In this document: positions 1 through 10,352 of the stretch, one piece after another
How positions within the stretch are numbered: the stretch's first letter is position 1
How the letters are laid out: the number at the start of each line of letters is the position of its first letter
Source of the DNA: Shigella phage ESh20
DNA length: 64,000 bases
Sequence record: ON528730
Direction: 5' to 3' (one strand)
Translations under genes and position numbers: made by a program
The notes under the pieces: generated by a model
What the model was told of the DNA's origin: nothing
What the model saw: the letters and a program-made list of their open reading frames with translations, nothing else
Database searches by the model: none

Positions 1-1987
1 CAATTTCATATACATACTTCAACTCTTCATAATCAGGTACAATAAACAGAACGTTACCAGTTGCAGACTTCTTAGTTAAGATGAAGTCACGAATAGGGTA
101 TAGGCCGTTTGTCGTGTTAGTTGCCAGAGAAGAACTCTCATTAGGCATGTAAGCCTCTAACACAGAGTTACGGATACCTCCATTTTCCTTGATTCGCTGT
201 GACAGGTCATCCCAATCATAACGAAGTTTTGCATCGTGCTTTTCATCAATTTTCTTGTTAGCAGTCTTTGGTGGAACCCAACCGTCAGGGTACTTAGTAA
301 ACTGCATGTACTCTGGTACACCACGCTCTTTTGCGAGTCTTAAAGATGCTTCATGCAAGAAGTAAGAGTGCATCTCAGCCAACTCATGAAGTTTAGTTTT
401 ACCAGCCCTTGATGAGTAGTTCACATAGTTCTTCGCAAGGTAATGGGCCACATTAGTAAGACCAATACCAACAGAACGACGTTTCTGAACATGGTTACGC
501 ATTGACGGATACGGATAATCCATAAGGTCAATAACGGAGTCAACCATTGCAAGAGCATAATAAGCAACGTCAGCGTATTCATCTTCTGTGATTCTCCCTG
601 CAACCAAACTAGCTAGGAAGCAAAGAGCAACTTCACCGTCTTCTTTCTTGGCTGTGTAGCTATACAGGTCTCTTTCATCCTCAAAACCATGAACTGGTAA
701 GACAATCTCCATACACAGGTTTGACATTTTCAAAGGCTCTTTGAAAGGTGTATGATAGTTTGCGTTGTTAGTAAAGAACGGGTAAACACGTCCTGTAGCA
801 TAACGTTGTTGAATAAACAACTTGGCAACTTCACGAGCCTTTACACGTTTATGTTTAACACCTGTATGAACTGCGTGACCTACTGCCATAGCAAATTCAT
901 CAGCACTTGCTGTGTAGAACATGTCATACAGTCTTGGTGCATCTTTGTAAGAGAATAGCAACCAATCTGTATCGTACTGTACACATTGCCAGAAGTAATC
1001 ATTTGCACCAAATGAGTAATCCATTTCATTAATACGTTTTGCAGTAACCGTCGTAGGGTGCTTCAAGCGTAGCAAATCCTCAATCTGTGGGTCTAATGCA
1101 GTGAAGAAGTTATTAGCTGAACCACCACGACTCTTCTGCTTATTAGCCTCTACAGCAGCACGTACAAGCTTATAATAAGGGAGTTTTCCCATATGCTCAA
1201 TAGTGTTTTGTCGGATTCCATCACCAATTGTTCTGGTCTCCATCAGCATACCAATACCTGCTTGCTTAGTGGTCATGTCATAAGCTACTTTTGTAGCAAT
1301 GCCAAGAGATTCAGCAGTATCATTTGCTTTAATTAGGCAGCATGAAGCATAGCCAGATTTTGTAGCTCTCAGACCATTCAGATACGGTGTAGGAGCATTA
1401 ATCTTCAGGTCAGATAGATATGTGTAGAGTTTAATAACATCATCTAAACGACGCTGTTTAGGCTGTCTTTCAAAGGCTTTCATAGCCATACCCATGAACA
1501 TAAACTGTGGAGACTCAAATAGCTTACCACTTTTAATGTCACGGATTCCATACTTATCACGGAACTGCTTCAGTACTGCATACCCATAAGAGATATCTTT
1601 TGAATGTACGATGTGACCTTGTAAATAGTCAATATCTTCAGGTGTGTAATCCATGTGTTCCCAAAGCCCCATCTGCTCCATCTTCATCACAAATGGAAGT
1701 AACTGAGGAACCTTTGTAAATCCACCAAAAGCTTCTTTGTAGATAATACCAAGAAGTAGTCTCCCAGCCATATCAGAGTACTCTTGAGTTTGCTTATCAA
1801 TACAAACGTCAATCATAGCTTGGTGCATTTCTTTTGTTGTGCAACCTTCATAGACACGCTTCATAGCCTCCATTACAACCTCTGACCAGATAATTCCTCT
1901 CTTGTCAGCCCATGAAGCCCATTTATTTAAACGTTCTGGTTCGAATGGTACAATCGTACCGTCTGATTTGCGAATAGTAGTAATCAT
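1..1987 (-). CDS. nrdA: Ribonucleoside-diphosphate reductase alpha subunit (class I), partial; C-terminus runs off the window
   Basis: Own translation of minus strand from ATG at 1987: N-terminal ATP-cone-like MITTIRKSDGTIVPFEPERL and class I active-site motif SNLCMEI with conserved Cys/Glu; frame open to position 1. Confidence 0.85.
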   Translation of the reverse strand, partial: MITTIRKSDGTIVPFEPERLNKWASWADKRGIIWSEVVMEAMKRVYEGCTTKEMHQAMIDVCIDKQTQEYSDMAGRLLLGIIYKEAFGGFTKVPQLLPFVMKMEQMGLWEHMDYTPEDIDYLQGHIVHSKDISYGYAVLKQFRDKYGIRDIKSGKLFESPQFMFMGMAMKAFERQPKQRRLDDVIKLYTYLSDLKINAPTPYLNGLRATKSGYASCCLIKANDTAESLGIATKVAYDMTTKQAGIGMLMETRTIGDGIRQNTIEHMGKLPYYKLVRAAVEANKQKSRGGSANNFFTALDPQIEDLLRLKHPTTVTAKRINEMDYSFGANDYFWQCVQYDTDWLLFSYKDAPRLYDMFYTASADEFAMAVGHAVHTGVKHKRVKAREVAKLFIQQRYATGRVYPFFTNNANYHTPFKEPLKMSNLCMEIVLPVHGFEDERDLYSYTAKKEDGEVALCFLASLVAGRITEDEYADVAYYALAMVDSVIDLMDYPYPSMRNHVQKRRSVGIGLTNVAHYLAKNYVNYSSRAGKTKLHELAEMHSYFLHEASLRLAKERGVPEYMQFTKYPDGWVPPKTANKKIDEKHDAKLRYDWDDLSQRIKENGGIRNSVLEAYMPNESSSLATNTTNGLYPIRDFILTKKSATGNVLFIVPDYEELKYVYEI

Positions 1988-2005
1988 TATATTAAATCCT
2001 ACAGG

Positions 2006-2030
2006 TGAAAAAGGGTCTCCGAAGAGACCC
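2006..2030 (-). terminator. Rho-independent terminator-like hairpin
   Basis: Minus strand GGGTCTC-ttcg-GAGACCC followed by TTTTT, between the 2039..2374 gene and nrdA. Confidence 0.55.
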
Positions 2031-2038
2031 CTTAGAGA

Positions 2039-2374
2039 TTAAATGCTAAAAATCTTTTTACTTACCCAGAGTTCAACGAACTTCTGTGATACTTTTGTCA
2101 GTGAACCTTTAGACATTGCATTCATGTACCAGTAACGCATACCATCATCGAATGCCATATCAAGTTTTTCACTAACATCATCTTCAAGTCGTGCAATTGA
2201 GAAGTTGCCACGTACTTTGCAGACAACTCGTCCAAATTTGATATCACTGCGACCTTTGCAATCTTCAGTGTACATTACAAAATCACCATGACGGAGTATC
2301 TCACCAAACTTATCAGTGCCTAATTCTTCGCCAGATTTAATTTCTTCTTTAGTTAACTTTTTATTTTTAGACAT
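2039..2374 (-). CDS. Hypothetical protein (111 aa)
   Basis: ORF track; same-strand operon context. Confidence 0.5.
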   Translation of the reverse strand: MSKNKKLTKEEIKSGEELGTDKFGEILRHGDFVMYTEDCKGRSDIKFGRVVCKVRGNFSIARLEDDVSEKLDMAFDDGMRYWYMNAMSKGSLTKVSQKFVELWVSKKIFSI

Positions 2375-2693
2375 GGTATCTATCCAAGTTTCGTTTCAAG
2401 TAAATCCACTGGTCATCTGTGCGCTCTACACCCATGAACAGGGGGGCTACAACAACTTTACCAAAAGTATTTCTGTGCTGGCAAATCTCGTAAGAGTACG
2501 GTTTATCAATATTTAAGCCATACTTATACAACACTGCTGCTAATACTTGTTCATTATCCAGAATCGTTTCTGGCTTCTCTCCGTACTTGTCTAACAGTGA
2601 ATCATTCATAAACACTGTCATAGAGAGGTTGTAGTTGGAGAAGTGGCTTTTTGCCACCACTTCTTCACCTTTATTAATGTTCTGTGAATCCAT
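2367..2693 (-). CDS. Hypothetical protein (108 aa)
   Basis: ORF track; small overlap with neighbours. Confidence 0.5.
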   Translation of the reverse strand: MDSQNINKGEEVVAKSHFSNYNLSMTVFMNDSLLDKYGEKPETILDNEQVLAAVLYKYGLNIDKPYSYEICQHRNTFGKVVVAPLFMGVERTDDQWIYLKRNLDRYHV

Positions 2694-3429
2694 TATAACC
2701 GACTCCTTTCAACCACTGCTTGAGGTTGATTGCATCATAATTCAATTTCGGATATGAGGTTACATGGAACTTCTCACCATCATAGTACACAATATCCGCA
2801 AGCCATAATCCATTCTCACGGCAGAAGTCTTTATCTGCTTTTGAAGAGATTGGTTCAACTTTAGAAAAGTTTTTAATGCCAAGACTACCAAGACTTCCAA
2901 TCAGTCCTTGGCAGATAACGCATGTGTCAGATGTTACCACAAATAATTCTTTTGCGTCAACTTCTGCAATAAAACTTTCAAGTTGAACTTTTGGAAGATT
3001 AGACTGTTTCATAATCTTACCATCAGACTTGCGAATAATCGCAAACCACTCTTTACCTTCAATAATTGATTGACGCAGGTAACATTCATCACCAGTACGT
3101 TTCTCAATATCAAACATTCGCTGTAAAGCTTCTTGATAGTCGTCTGTGTATTTGAGGTTGTTGTTTTCACAAACAGCCTTGATAGCACCATCATGGTCAT
3201 GCTGTGTCAGGAAAATTAAACCATCAAGTACATACTGCAAATCAGCTTGAGCATCAAGGGTCTCAACAGGGTCTTTGGCTTCTACTGCTGCGACTAACTC
3301 TCTAGCTTCTTCAAGCATACACAGAGATTGACTTTTCAGTGATTCCCAATACTCTGTGCTATATGGTTCTTTTGGGTTATTGCCACAACGTAGATTCCAA
3401 TTTCTTACGGATTCTCTGGAATTAAACAT
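2674..3429 (-). CDS. Hypothetical protein; N-terminal region weakly resembles MazG-like NTP pyrophosphohydrolase
   Basis: Acidic helical motif EEARELVAAVEAKDPVETLDAQADLQYVLDGL recalled as MazG-like; not verified. Confidence 0.35.
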   Translation of the reverse strand: MFNSRESVRNWNLRCGNNPKEPYSTEYWESLKSQSLCMLEEARELVAAVEAKDPVETLDAQADLQYVLDGLIFLTQHDHDGAIKAVCENNNLKYTDDYQEALQRMFDIEKRTGDECYLRQSIIEGKEWFAIIRKSDGKIMKQSNLPKVQLESFIAEVDAKELFVVTSDTCVICQGLIGSLGSLGIKNFSKVEPISSKADKDFCRENGLWLADIVYYDGEKFHVTSYPKLNYDAINLKQWLKGVGYNGFTEH

Positions 3430-3659
3430 TAAGCCTCCTTATCTTCAAACAACTTTTGTTGAGACTCAATATAGTCCATTCGTTCTTTGAGTTCAACACG
3501 TTTGCTTAACAGATGTTGAATTTGTGATTCCAGAGCATCCATCTCAGCTTCTGTAGCTGACTTAGCTTTACTGATAGTTTCCTTCAGTGCTGCTACGCCA
3601 CTCTGGATTTTAGAAACATGGTCATTTTTGATTTTATTAAACATTTTAAACTCTCTCAT
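3429..3659 (-). CDS. Hypothetical coiled-coil protein (76 aa)
   Basis: ORF track; start overlaps upstream stop. Confidence 0.45.
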   Translation of the reverse strand: MREFKMFNKIKNDHVSKIQSGVAALKETISKAKSATEAEMDALESQIQHLLSKRVELKERMDYIESQQKLFEDKEA

Positions 3660-4146
3660 TAAGTTTCATGATTTTAGTGATTCTCTTCTCAGCTTCATCA
3701 TAAGTCTCTTTTGTAAGAAACTTGATTGCTGCAATGTTCGCATTGTAGAAGAGTCGAAGCTGAGAGTCAATCCTTTTTGTCATGACGTCAAACTTATGTT
3801 GTAGGTTAGCTTCGCCATAAACCAAGCCACCTCGCGTATAGTAAGTCTGGATGATGTAGAAGTCAAACTCTTTTTCACCAAAAGATTCAATATCCTTCTT
3901 AATGTACTCAGAAGATGTTTGGTAAGTCATCCAATCACTTTCTTTTGTCACGACTTTACGTCTGGTCTTTCCAGCAACCTTTTTCTTAGTGACGTTATTA
4001 AATTGTTTCTTTCCAATATAATATTGTCCAGTTTTCTTACAGTATACTAAATAGACAAAACCAAAATAGTTAGCGGGGTCAATTTCCCCGCACAGTGAAA
4101 TCCAATGTCCATAAACAGGGCAATTTCCAAATCCTTTAATCTTCAT
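3646..4146 (-). CDS. Putative GIY-YIG family endonuclease
   Basis: N-terminal GFVYLVYCKKTGQYYIGKK resembles the GIY...YIG motif pair. Confidence 0.45.
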   Translation of the reverse strand: MKIKGFGNCPVYGHWISLCGEIDPANYFGFVYLVYCKKTGQYYIGKKQFNNVTKKKVAGKTRRKVVTKESDWMTYQTSSEYIKKDIESFGEKEFDFYIIQTYYTRGGLVYGEANLQHKFDVMTKRIDSQLRLFYNANIAAIKFLTKETYDEAEKRITKIMKLNERV

Positions 4147-5203
4147 TCATAACTGGCTCCCAATTGTATTTTTTAAACGTAAAATCATCTTTAGGATTTC
4201 GTTCTTGATAAGCAATCCAGAAGTGCTGCTCCATTAGTTCTAGTGGAGTTCTTGTCACAATCTGACCATCCCATGATTCATAGGTGTATGACTCTTTCTT
4301 AGCATAAAGCTCATAGATTGCGTCTAAGCACTCTTTGTAGGTAGTTTTACCTTCCAGTGCATTCATCACCGCAACTTTACCAGCACCTTTTAAACCGAAG
4401 TAGTTATCTGCATTATCACCTGCTACAGCTTGATAGCAGAGGAATTTAAAACCTACTCCGACTGTCTTCTTAGCTTTCGGTTTAGATTTGATAGGGCAAT
4501 CCCAAATCTCACCAACGTTATTATCTGCAATGAAAATTAATGGAGCTTTCTCGTAAGTCATATCAATACAGTAAGTTCCTTCAGCTTGACGAAGGTCTTT
4601 ATCAATACTCATCAGAGCAGCTTTTTTACCCATCTTCTCAGCTTTTGCAATAACGATAGAGTCTGCTTCGAAGCCCCCTTTTAAGAGCTTAAACTCTGGT
4701 CGTGACAGAAGATACTCACGACAAGCAACTAGGTGTGTAGGTGTTACAGCTTCTTTTCTGTTACCTTGGTATTGGTGTTCAAGACCTTTGATATCCTTGT
4801 GTTTGTGAACACCTTTCTCAGTAAGGTAACCCATCCATTTGCGTTCTTTACCAACGACTTTCAACCACTCCTGAAGAACTTGCTGTGTAGCCATAATTGC
4901 TTCAGCTTCACTCTTAGCCTCCTTCCAAGTCTGTCTTTCCCATTCATCTTCATCAAAGTCAAGTCCTAACTCTTCAGTTAAAACTCTTTGGTCAGACAGC
5001 CATTGTGCTGCCAGTTTTGCACTATCAAAAGCGTCGGATTCTTCAGCAGTTATTTTATTCACATACTTGTACTTTGCTTTTTCAACTACACAAGCACCTT
5101 TGTAAGCAATGCTATCAGAGTCAATAAAGACGTGTGTAACGCTCTCTGGGAGCTTTGTTAAGGTGTATTGTTCCATTGTACTCTCCATACGAAAAAGCCC
5201 CAT
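4136..5203 (-). CDS. Flap endonuclease / 5'-3' exonuclease (RNase H-like)
   Basis: Motifs VFIDSDSIAYKG, EADSIVIAKA...LMSIDKDLRQ and GDNADNYFGLKGAGKVA match the conserved 5'-3' exonuclease family blocks. Confidence 0.8.
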   Translation of the reverse strand: MGLFRMESTMEQYTLTKLPESVTHVFIDSDSIAYKGACVVEKAKYKYVNKITAEESDAFDSAKLAAQWLSDQRVLTEELGLDFDEDEWERQTWKEAKSEAEAIMATQQVLQEWLKVVGKERKWMGYLTEKGVHKHKDIKGLEHQYQGNRKEAVTPTHLVACREYLLSRPEFKLLKGGFEADSIVIAKAEKMGKKAALMSIDKDLRQAEGTYCIDMTYEKAPLIFIADNNVGEIWDCPIKSKPKAKKTVGVGFKFLCYQAVAGDNADNYFGLKGAGKVAVMNALEGKTTYKECLDAIYELYAKKESYTYESWDGQIVTRTPLELMEQHFWIAYQERNPKDDFTFKKYNWEPVMNED

Positions 5204-5238
5204 ACGTCTGTACAGGGCTTTGTAGTAGTTACTGACTA

Positions 5239-6099
5239 TTACTCGTCGTCAGTTTCGAAATCATCTTCGTCATCATCATCTGGGTTTGGCAGGTCGTCGT
5301 CATCGTCATCACCACCTTTACCTTCATCACCAGAATCTTTTGCATCTTCTTCAGTGATTTCACCGTTGTCTTCAACACCTGCAAGACCAAGCATTGCCAG
5401 TTCATCTTCATCCAGTTCAGTCTCAGTAGCACCACCAGTACCACCAGTGTAAGGAACCAGAGTATCAATGATAAATTGTTCCTGAATTGGCTTGGTCAGA
5501 ACGTTACCTTCAAATGTGTAGAAGTGAGTCGCCAGAATCACACTACCAAATGAGCCGTTACCAACTGCAATATCTGGATGAATTACATCGTAAGTCTTAT
5601 CATCATCGTGCTTATCAGATTTTGCTGCCTTGATTTTCTTCATAGGCTGCTTAACTGCAACACGCTTACCGTTGATTTCTTCAACCAGCATTACAGGGAA
5701 ACTCTGTTTTGCTGACCACACAGCACCGTCTTTATATGCTGCTGAACGGCTAACCTTCAGGATGTGATAGGTGTCAGCTTCAAACGGAGGCTCACAACCA
5801 AACTTCTCTTCGAAGTCATCTGCATCAACAGCCTCTGTAGTAACTTTATCCCAACCTTCAGGACTCTTTTTAGACTTGGTGAACTCTTTAAAGAGCTTGT
5901 TACCATCTTTTGCCAGAATTGAAACGCTGTAGTTACAATCTTTGCCCGGAAAATGCTTATCCACAGATTTACCCTTTTGAGGACGTGGAATAGTGTTCAG
6001 GTAATAGAACCAAACATCTTTCAGTAGGTAACGCAGAGTCTCACGTTCTTGACCATTGTACTTCTCTACCGGAGCTTTCATTTTAACAACTTTAGACAT
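5239..6099 (-). CDS. Putative single-stranded DNA-binding protein
   Basis: 286 aa in replication module with strongly acidic C-terminal tail DDDDDDLPNPDDDDEDDFETDDE typical of phage SSBs. Confidence 0.4.
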   Translation of the reverse strand: MSKVVKMKAPVEKYNGQERETLRYLLKDVWFYYLNTIPRPQKGKSVDKHFPGKDCNYSVSILAKDGNKLFKEFTKSKKSPEGWDKVTTEAVDADDFEEKFGCEPPFEADTYHILKVSRSAAYKDGAVWSAKQSFPVMLVEEINGKRVAVKQPMKKIKAAKSDKHDDDKTYDVIHPDIAVGNGSFGSVILATHFYTFEGNVLTKPIQEQFIIDTLVPYTGGTGGATETELDEDELAMLGLAGVEDNGEITEEDAKDSGDEGKGGDDDDDDLPNPDDDDEDDFETDDE

Positions 6100-6184
6100 T
6101 TTAATACCTCTTTCTCAAATTAACTTTCAACTCAACTATCAAGGAGTACAATCTTACAGACTTCGTACTCCCTTGTCAAACACT

Positions 6185-6322
6185 TTAAGCAGATTTCTTA
6201 GCTGCTTTACGAGCCGTCTTACCCATGCGAACTCGCTTCTGTACATAGTATTCAGCAGGTTTACCAGCAGTTGCTTTCATGGAATCGCCAAATACTTTCT
6301 CGAATGCTTTAGAATGTTTCAT
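6185..6322 (-). CDS. Small basic protein (45 aa), not in ORF track
   Basis: Own translation MKHSKAFEKVFGDSMKATAGKPAEYYVQKRVRMGKTARKAAKKSA; ATGA start/stop overlap with upstream gene. Confidence 0.35.
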   Translation of the reverse strand: MKHSKAFEKVFGDSMKATAGKPAEYYVQKRVRMGKTARKAAKKSA

Positions 6323-6600
6323 GAATCTCTCCGATATATTTCATATTCAAAATGTTTATTAGTCAAGGTAAAGATGTAAACTGTAGATAAACCATCAATC
6401 GCTAATGCAAACTGCTCAACATTATCTTTTGATAAGTGCTCAAACTTTACTTCATGTCCCTTGTTGATGAGTACTTTACCGAACTGCTCTATCTTAGTCA
6501 AGCACTCTTTTACAAATTTTTTTCTACTTTCTTCTGAATAGAAGGGTTCAAAACCCTCCTTCAGATAACTATCAATCAGTTTCGAACGGACAGTCATCAT
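6319..6600 (-). CDS. Hypothetical protein (93 aa)
   Basis: ORF track. Confidence 0.5.
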   Translation of the reverse strand: MMTVRSKLIDSYLKEGFEPFYSEESRKKFVKECLTKIEQFGKVLINKGHEVKFEHLSKDNVEQFALAIDGLSTVYIFTLTNKHFEYEIYRRDS

Positions 6601-8563
6601 TATCCTCGTTAATCACAGGTGGAATGGTGGAGCTTTCACGTTGCTCTTGTGTGTAAATCTCTCCAGATTCACGGTCAAAATCAACATCTTCATAGTGTGG
6701 CATAGAGTCATCATAATGGTCTTCAGCCTCACCAATACCAAACTGCTGACGAATATTCTCTGCTGCACCATCAATATCAACACCACATCCAGCAGCCTTT
6801 ACAAGACGGCCTGTATCTGGATTGTACCAAGTGTGACCAGCAATACCAGTTGATTTACCATGACGACGACATTTCGTTAACTTGATTTTTGTCAAGTTCT
6901 TTTTAACAGGGTCTGGGTCAACCTTGTTACGCATAAGTAAAATGTTGTTCATGGAAATCTGGAAGTATGCACCAGAACCCTTGATATCTTCTTCAGAAAT
7001 ATCACCACCTTCAGAGTTAGCCTTTTGACCACCTGCACTCTTACGAACGTGACACACGTTTACCTGAGCATACTGATAACGCTTACAGCGACGAAGTAAC
7101 TCAGACAGAACTTCTTCTTCATCTGTATCAGAGCGTGACAGCGCCAATGTAATAGGGTCAAGGATGATAATCTTACAATCAAGACTGTTAACCAGATAGT
7201 CAACAAACTCCAGCAGGTTATCTTGGTCAATTGCCCCTTGGTGGTCTACGATGTGGATACGACGACCTTTTGACAACTCAGCATGTGCAACCTTAATCTC
7301 ATCCCAATTACGCTCATCGTAAGGAATCTCTGAAATCTGCTTACTAAGATGGATTGCACAGAGCATTTCCATAAGTTCTTCGTAAGTATCCTCTACAGGA
7401 ATTACACCGATGTTGTACTCAGTATCCTTCCATGCTTTGTAAATCATTTCACGAGTATATGCAGATTTACCTACAGATGAAGGTGCAGCAAGGGTTGTAA
7501 TCTCGCCTAAACCATACCCGCCATAAGTCAGCTTATTCAAATCCCCGAAAGAATCTGGGAAAGGAATTAAAGGAATCTGACCACGATTCTTCATAGCATC
7601 GAAACCATCTGCAAAGTTCTTGATACCAGCAGGGCAGTAACGAGGTGCATTGTAGATTCGTTGTTTAAATCCTTCTAAGACTGTATCTTTGTCTTTGAAG
7701 AACTTAGTCCACCACTCACTAAGGTCTTTAATACCCTCAGGATACTGGAACAGTCTTACTTTCTCAATAGGTAAGATACCAGCAGCTTCCTTAGTTGCTT
7801 TAGCCCCTGCTTCATCATTATCAAAGCATAGGTAAATCTCATCAAAGGAAGTAATATACTGATAGTTCTCTTTGATGGACTTAACATTAGCACCGGATGG
7901 TACAGAAACGTGGCAGTAATTCTTACGTCTAGACTTATCTTTAATTGCTAAAGAAGTCATGTAGATTGCTGTAGCACATTCCATCTCACCTTCCCAGATG
8001 AAAAGACGGTTACCACCTTCTGGAGCAATCCATGAACCGAACATAGCCAGTTCACCTTTAATATCCCCAACACCACCAGAAAAGTCTTTCAACTTCCCAC
8101 GTAAGTGCTCTTTATGATAGTCATCTGGATATTTGTGACGAACACGATAACCTACATGTTGCAACTTCCCATCTTCATCCTTTTTGTATGTTGGATAGAA
8201 ATGTGCATCAATATCACCGTTATCATCAATATCAACTTTAATACCAAGACGCTCAAGGACTTTTGCAGGAATCTTCCTGTCTTTTAAATCCATTGCTTCT
8301 AGGTTTTCTTTCACATCATCTAAATCCATACCACGAAATGTACGGTTTTTATTCTCTGAACCTGAAGTATGAGTACTCACAATCTGCCCTTTATCAAAAT
8401 CCCACTCTGGAAAACCTTTTCCACAACTGAAACATGTCATTGAATATGAACCGTCATCATGACGATATATAGAACCTGCATCTGAAGATAAACATTGAGG
8501 GCGTGGACATGCACAGTGACCTACAAATGTTCCAGCATCTTTCAGTTTTCTCTGTTTAGCCAT
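6572..8563 (-). CDS. DNA primase/helicase (T7 gp4-like)
   Basis: N-terminal Cys4 zinc motif CPRPQC...CFSCGKG, TOPRIM-like FDNDEAGAKA, Walker A APSSVGKSAY, Walker B-like IIILDP. Confidence 0.9.
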   Translation of the reverse strand: MAKQRKLKDAGTFVGHCACPRPQCLSSDAGSIYRHDDGSYSMTCFSCGKGFPEWDFDKGQIVSTHTSGSENKNRTFRGMDLDDVKENLEAMDLKDRKIPAKVLERLGIKVDIDDNGDIDAHFYPTYKKDEDGKLQHVGYRVRHKYPDDYHKEHLRGKLKDFSGGVGDIKGELAMFGSWIAPEGGNRLFIWEGEMECATAIYMTSLAIKDKSRRKNYCHVSVPSGANVKSIKENYQYITSFDEIYLCFDNDEAGAKATKEAAGILPIEKVRLFQYPEGIKDLSEWWTKFFKDKDTVLEGFKQRIYNAPRYCPAGIKNFADGFDAMKNRGQIPLIPFPDSFGDLNKLTYGGYGLGEITTLAAPSSVGKSAYTREMIYKAWKDTEYNIGVIPVEDTYEELMEMLCAIHLSKQISEIPYDERNWDEIKVAHAELSKGRRIHIVDHQGAIDQDNLLEFVDYLVNSLDCKIIILDPITLALSRSDTDEEEVLSELLRRCKRYQYAQVNVCHVRKSAGGQKANSEGGDISEEDIKGSGAYFQISMNNILLMRNKVDPDPVKKNLTKIKLTKCRRHGKSTGIAGHTWYNPDTGRLVKAAGCGVDIDGAAENIRQQFGIGEAEDHYDDSMPHYEDVDFDRESGEIYTQEQRESSTIPPVINEDNDDCPFETD

Positions 8564-8756
8564 TCACACCTCTTCGTTGTAGTTCTGCCTTAAGACCGTT
8601 TTCAATCTTATCAAGCTCATGGATTTCTTCTGCAATCTCTTTCCTTCTTGAAGCGACCCTTTCAAGTCGCTCCATCATAACTTCTTTGGAAAGAGATGAG
8701 AGTTCCACTGTACGGTGGTCAATTACTTTAAAGTTATTCTCTCTCATCTTCAACAC
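8556..8756 (-). CDS. Hypothetical protein (66 aa)
   Basis: ORF track. Confidence 0.4.
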   Translation of the reverse strand: MLKMRENNFKVIDHRTVELSSLSKEVMMERLERVASRRKEIAEEIHELDKIENGLKAELQRRGVNG

Positions 8757-8759
8757 CTT

Positions 8760-9530
8760 TTATAGATTGATAATGGTTTTAAGTTTACTCTCTAACTCTT
8801 CCATCGTTCCGTTATTCTGGATAATATCACGGGAGAAGTTAGTGGAGATACCACGTTCAGAGCTATGGGAAGCCACCTGAATAGCATCTTTTCTTGTAAT
8901 CTCAATTATCTGGCTATCATAGCTTTGAAGGAACTCAGCTTCAATATCAAATCTTAAATCACATATCAGTGCAATACCTATGTGACTTTTCTTAACGCAA
9001 TCACCATAGAATTTTTCAATACGTTCTGCCAAATCTGTAATCCAGAAACGCTCTCCAAGAATTTTACGGATAACCTCACTACCCCAGACTTGCTGTATTT
9101 GTCTTGAGGAAATCATATATTCATTTTTCAAACCAAGCTTTGTAAGCAATGTAGGTTTACCAACTTTCTTTAACTCTTTGATAAGCCTGTCTGTGATTTC
9201 CCCACAAAGTTTTGCATCTTCATGGATGCCCTTACTTTTCATGTTTAGCTGGAAAGCCCATGCCACACGGGAGTTAAGATTGTCAAAATCTAAGCTAAAC
9301 TTTTTAGGTGTTTCTTTCGTATCACCATACAGGTCTTGCCAGTTCAAGTCAAAGATAAATCCAGCAGTTGCTTTTAAGTTATCGGCAAACGCAAACACTT
9401 TAACAGTGTATCCAGCCTCATTCAATAGATTTTTTACAATACTGCAAGACGTATCCTTTCCAGAACGAGCTTTTCCAGTAAATGCAATAACACTTTTCAT
9501 ATCATTCACTCCATAATAAAAAGCCCCCAA
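8760..9530 (-). CDS. Putative deoxynucleoside monophosphate kinase
   Basis: N-terminal P-loop IAFTGKARSGKDT resembles T4 gp1-type dNMP kinases. Confidence 0.55.
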   Translation of the reverse strand: MGAFYYGVNDMKSVIAFTGKARSGKDTSCSIVKNLLNEAGYTVKVFAFADNLKATAGFIFDLNWQDLYGDTKETPKKFSLDFDNLNSRVAWAFQLNMKSKGIHEDAKLCGEITDRLIKELKKVGKPTLLTKLGLKNEYMISSRQIQQVWGSEVIRKILGERFWITDLAERIEKFYGDCVKKSHIGIALICDLRFDIEAEFLQSYDSQIIEITRKDAIQVASHSSERGISTNFSRDIIQNNGTMEELESKLKTIINL

Positions 9531-9557
9531 TTAAGGAGGCTTAAGGGTATGCCACAA

Positions 9558-10352
9558 TTATTGTAGTTTAGAACCAGTGAGTTCACGCTCAGACATTGCT
9601 TCTAACTGCTGAACAAAATCTTCACCGAAGTTGATTGCAATCTTGGTGCTAAGAACTGCTGCACCAGTTTGGCTAAATACATCCCCGAGTGCTGCTGTAT
9701 GAGCACCTTGTGAAATGCTCTCTACAAAGCTTGGGTCAGACTCTAACATTTTTGACACTTCAAGTAAAGCATGGATACCCATGATACTAAAGATAGCGTT
9801 TAACAGTGAAGTTACCTTAACCTGAATAGGGTCTAAAGAGAGACCATTAGTAATCTCTGACAGCTTATTCATTGTCTCATCAGCGTACTGAATTGCCTTG
9901 TCAGAGACTTCATCAAAGCCCCAATCCAGTTTTGCATAACGTGGTGACTTATCATTCATACGCTTCTCTAGCGATGCCATTACAGCAGCAACTGGTGTAC
10001 AAATACCTTTCAGAAGGTCTTCATCACTCATGTTATCAAGTTCTTTAATACCCTGCTCAGTAATCTGGATGTATCCACCTGAATACATTTCATCAAAGAT
10101 GTATGCTGCAAAGGCATCAACACCAATGAAGATGGTCTTCAGAGCATCAGTCTTATTAGACAGCAGGTATTCAACCTCTTTACGGAAATCTTCGTCATTC
10201 TCTACAGCGTTTTTTACAACACGCAGAGATTCAGGGATAAATTTTCCTGACAGTGAGTTGCTACGCATAATGATAGCAAGAGTCTCAACGGTGTTCAGCA
10301 TGAATGCTTCGTCAATACCTTTTTCTTCCAGAATCTCATTTACAGTTTTCAT
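9558..10352 (-). CDS. Hypothetical protein (264 aa)
   Basis: ORF track. Confidence 0.5.
   Translation of the reverse strand: MKTVNEILEEKGIDEAFMLNTVETLAIIMRSNSLSGKFIPESLRVVKNAVENDEDFRKEVEYLLSNKTDALKTIFIGVDAFAAYIFDEMYSGGYIQITEQGIKELDNMSDEDLLKGICTPVAAVMASLEKRMNDKSPRYAKLDWGFDEVSDKAIQYADETMNKLSEITNGLSLDPIQVKVTSLLNAIFSIMGIHALLEVSKMLESDPSFVESISQGAHTAALGDVFSQTGAAVLSTKIAINFGEDFVQQLEAMSERELTGSKLQ

Noticed and set aside
5168-5452. Plus-strand ORF encoding a Ser-rich low-complexity protein
   Set aside because: It is the antisense reading of the acidic (GAT/GAC-rich) tail of the minus-strand SSB-like gene; a composition artefact.
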